Position numbers and translations under genes: made by a program. This document shows, in pieces, positions 62,386-64,000 of a stretch of 64,000 bases of DNA. The notes beneath the pieces were generated by a model, which did no database searches, was not told the origin of the DNA, and saw nothing but the letters and a program-made list of their open reading frames with translations. How positions within the stretch are numbered: position 1 is the stretch's first letter; every line of letters starts with the position of its first letter. Source of the stretch: Bacilli bacterium (GTDB lineage: Bacteria; Bacillota_I; Bacilli_A; ML615J-28; CAG-698); the NCBI GenBank assembly GCA_050953065.1, contig JBMNLZ010000002.1, positions 416,001-480,000 on the forward strand, given 5' to 3'.

Positions 62386-64000
62386 ATGAAAATATTTAGA
62401 AAAATGGGACTTATGGTACTTTTCTTTGGATTGGTTGTACTTATTAGTTTACAATCAGTTAAAGCTTATAATTTGGTTGGACTTACAATTAGTGGAAGTA
62501 ATGTAAATCATTATAATACTTCAACACAAGTTCAAATTCCAGATGTTTATGAAAAACAAAAATATGATATGCGTGGGGTTTGGATTTCTGCTTTTGCTGG
62601 AGACGTTGCAATTAATGGTGTATCGACTTTTCAAACTGCAATGAATACAGCAATTGATACTATGAAATACTTTAATTTAAATACGATGGTCTTTCATATA
62701 AGGACTCATAATGATGCTTTTTATCCAACAGCATTAAATCCTAAATCAAATTATGTAAGTAATATTGATTTTAATACTTTTGATCCATTGGAATGGTTGA
62801 TTACAAGATGTCATGAAGAAGGAATTGAATTCCATGCTTGGATGAATCCTTATAGGGTAAATACATCATACACTTTCCCTTCAACAAATCCTGCATCAAG
62901 TTCTAGCAATTTATTAACTGGTACATCAGTTACGATTCTAAATCCAGCTTTACCTGTTGTTAGAGAATTCTTATATGATACAGTAATGGAAGTAATTGAA
63001 AACTATGATGTAGATGCAATTCACTTTGATGATTATTTTTATGCAGATGGAACTGATCCTTATAGATCTGCAGATGATAAGCGTCTTCAAGTAGATACAT
63101 TTATTCAAGGCTTAAGTACTCGTATGAGAACTTATAATCAAAATAATAATCGCCATGTGCAACTTGGAATTTCTCCAACTGGTGTTTATAGATCAGGTGG
63201 AAATTATAGTGGTGTAATGAATGGAACATATGATGCTAATGGAAACTTTTCATATGTTTATGCTAACGTTTCAGCTCAAGAACATTATGCATCTTACTTA
63301 TTCTCAGATACTAAAAAATGGGTTGATAATGAATGGATTGACTACATTACTCCACAATCTTATTGGGGCTTCACACATGCAACTGCAAGATTTGCAGATG
63401 TAATGGATTGGTGGGCTAAAGCTGTTGCTTATAAAAAGGTTAACCTTTATTCAGGAATGGGACTTTATATGGCTGATTCAACGGCATCTACTTATTCTTG
63501 GCAAGCAACCGATTATATGGAAGCAGCAAGACAAATTAGATATGTTACAAAATGGACTCAAATAAGAGGAACATGTGTTTATAGTTATAGATATTTATTA
63601 TCAGCTAAAAATGGTGGAACTACAAAAGCAGCACTTAATGCTAATAATATTAGACCATTGTGGAACTACCAAGCTCTTAATCCTGAAACTAGAACTATGA
63701 CTAAAGTAACATTAGGACAAGTCCCTAACTTTAAATTAATAACAGATACAATGAATTGGTCTTTAGTAGCTGGTGCGAGACGTTATGCAATTTATCGATC
63801 AACTTCAGCAACAATCAATTCAACAATTGATGAATTAATTGCTGTTGTAGGAAATACTACAACATCTTATAAAGATACAACTGCTCAACCTGGAATTGAT
63901 TATACTTACGCAATTAGAGCAATTTCAGGAACTAATACTGAAGGTGAATTAACATACCTTTCAGTTGCTCCACCTGCAGATCCAGAATCTGTAACTATTA
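62386..64000 (+). CDS. Secreted GHL10 (YddW/DigH-like) glycosyl hydrolase with an FN3-like domain; runs off the window end
   Basis: Own translation: signal MKIFRKMG...VKA; MRGVWIS, FDPLEWLI..CHEEGIEFHAWMNPYRV, IHFDDYFY, GISPTGV, WIDYITPQSYW; no stop seen before 64000. Confidence 0.88.
   Translation, partial: MKIFRKMGLMVLFFGLVVLISLQSVKAYNLVGLTISGSNVNHYNTSTQVQIPDVYEKQKYDMRGVWISAFAGDVAINGVSTFQTAMNTAIDTMKYFNLNTMVFHIRTHNDAFYPTALNPKSNYVSNIDFNTFDPLEWLITRCHEEGIEFHAWMNPYRVNTSYTFPSTNPASSSSNLLTGTSVTILNPALPVVREFLYDTVMEVIENYDVDAIHFDDYFYADGTDPYRSADDKRLQVDTFIQGLSTRMRTYNQNNNRHVQLGISPTGVYRSGGNYSGVMNGTYDANGNFSYVYANVSAQEHYASYLFSDTKKWVDNEWIDYITPQSYWGFTHATARFADVMDWWAKAVAYKKVNLYSGMGLYMADSTASTYSWQATDYMEAARQIRYVTKWTQIRGTCVYSYRYLLSAKNGGTTKAALNANNIRPLWNYQALNPETRTMTKVTLGQVPNFKLITDTMNWSLVAGARRYAIYRSTSATINSTIDELIAVVGNTTTSYKDTTAQPGIDYTYAIRAISGTNTEGELTYLSVAPPADPESVTI

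Overview
AT-rich bacterial chromosome segment in the standard code (TGA is a stop). Gene content suggests a low-GC Bacillota / Acholeplasmatales-like organism (inference): many lipoproteins and C-terminally anchored surface proteins, no LPXTG or SLH anchors seen. It contains housekeeping genes (glnS, pcrA, ligA, uvrA, lgt, trxB, whiA, acpS, tRNA-Ser(GCT), mscL, rlmD, atpBEFHAGDC) and a surface-protein-rich stretch (GH5 lipoprotein, three InlB-B-repeat/SGNH lipoproteins, vWA proteins). An island after rlmD holds gene remnants and a DUF134/NifX/Fe-S ATPase operon. Near the end are an Ldh_2/malic enzyme/LarA operon and a partial GHL10 hydrolase. The best candidate for a new system is 29057-34470: an unannotated 39-aa peptide with a lasso-type YxxP leader (30327-30446), an S24/S26 peptidase, an HPr-kinase-like kinase and a nucleotidyltransferase, with no lasso cyclase in the window, interleaved with two surface proteins that appear to share a domain. 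All family calls come from motif recognition by eye; no searches were run.
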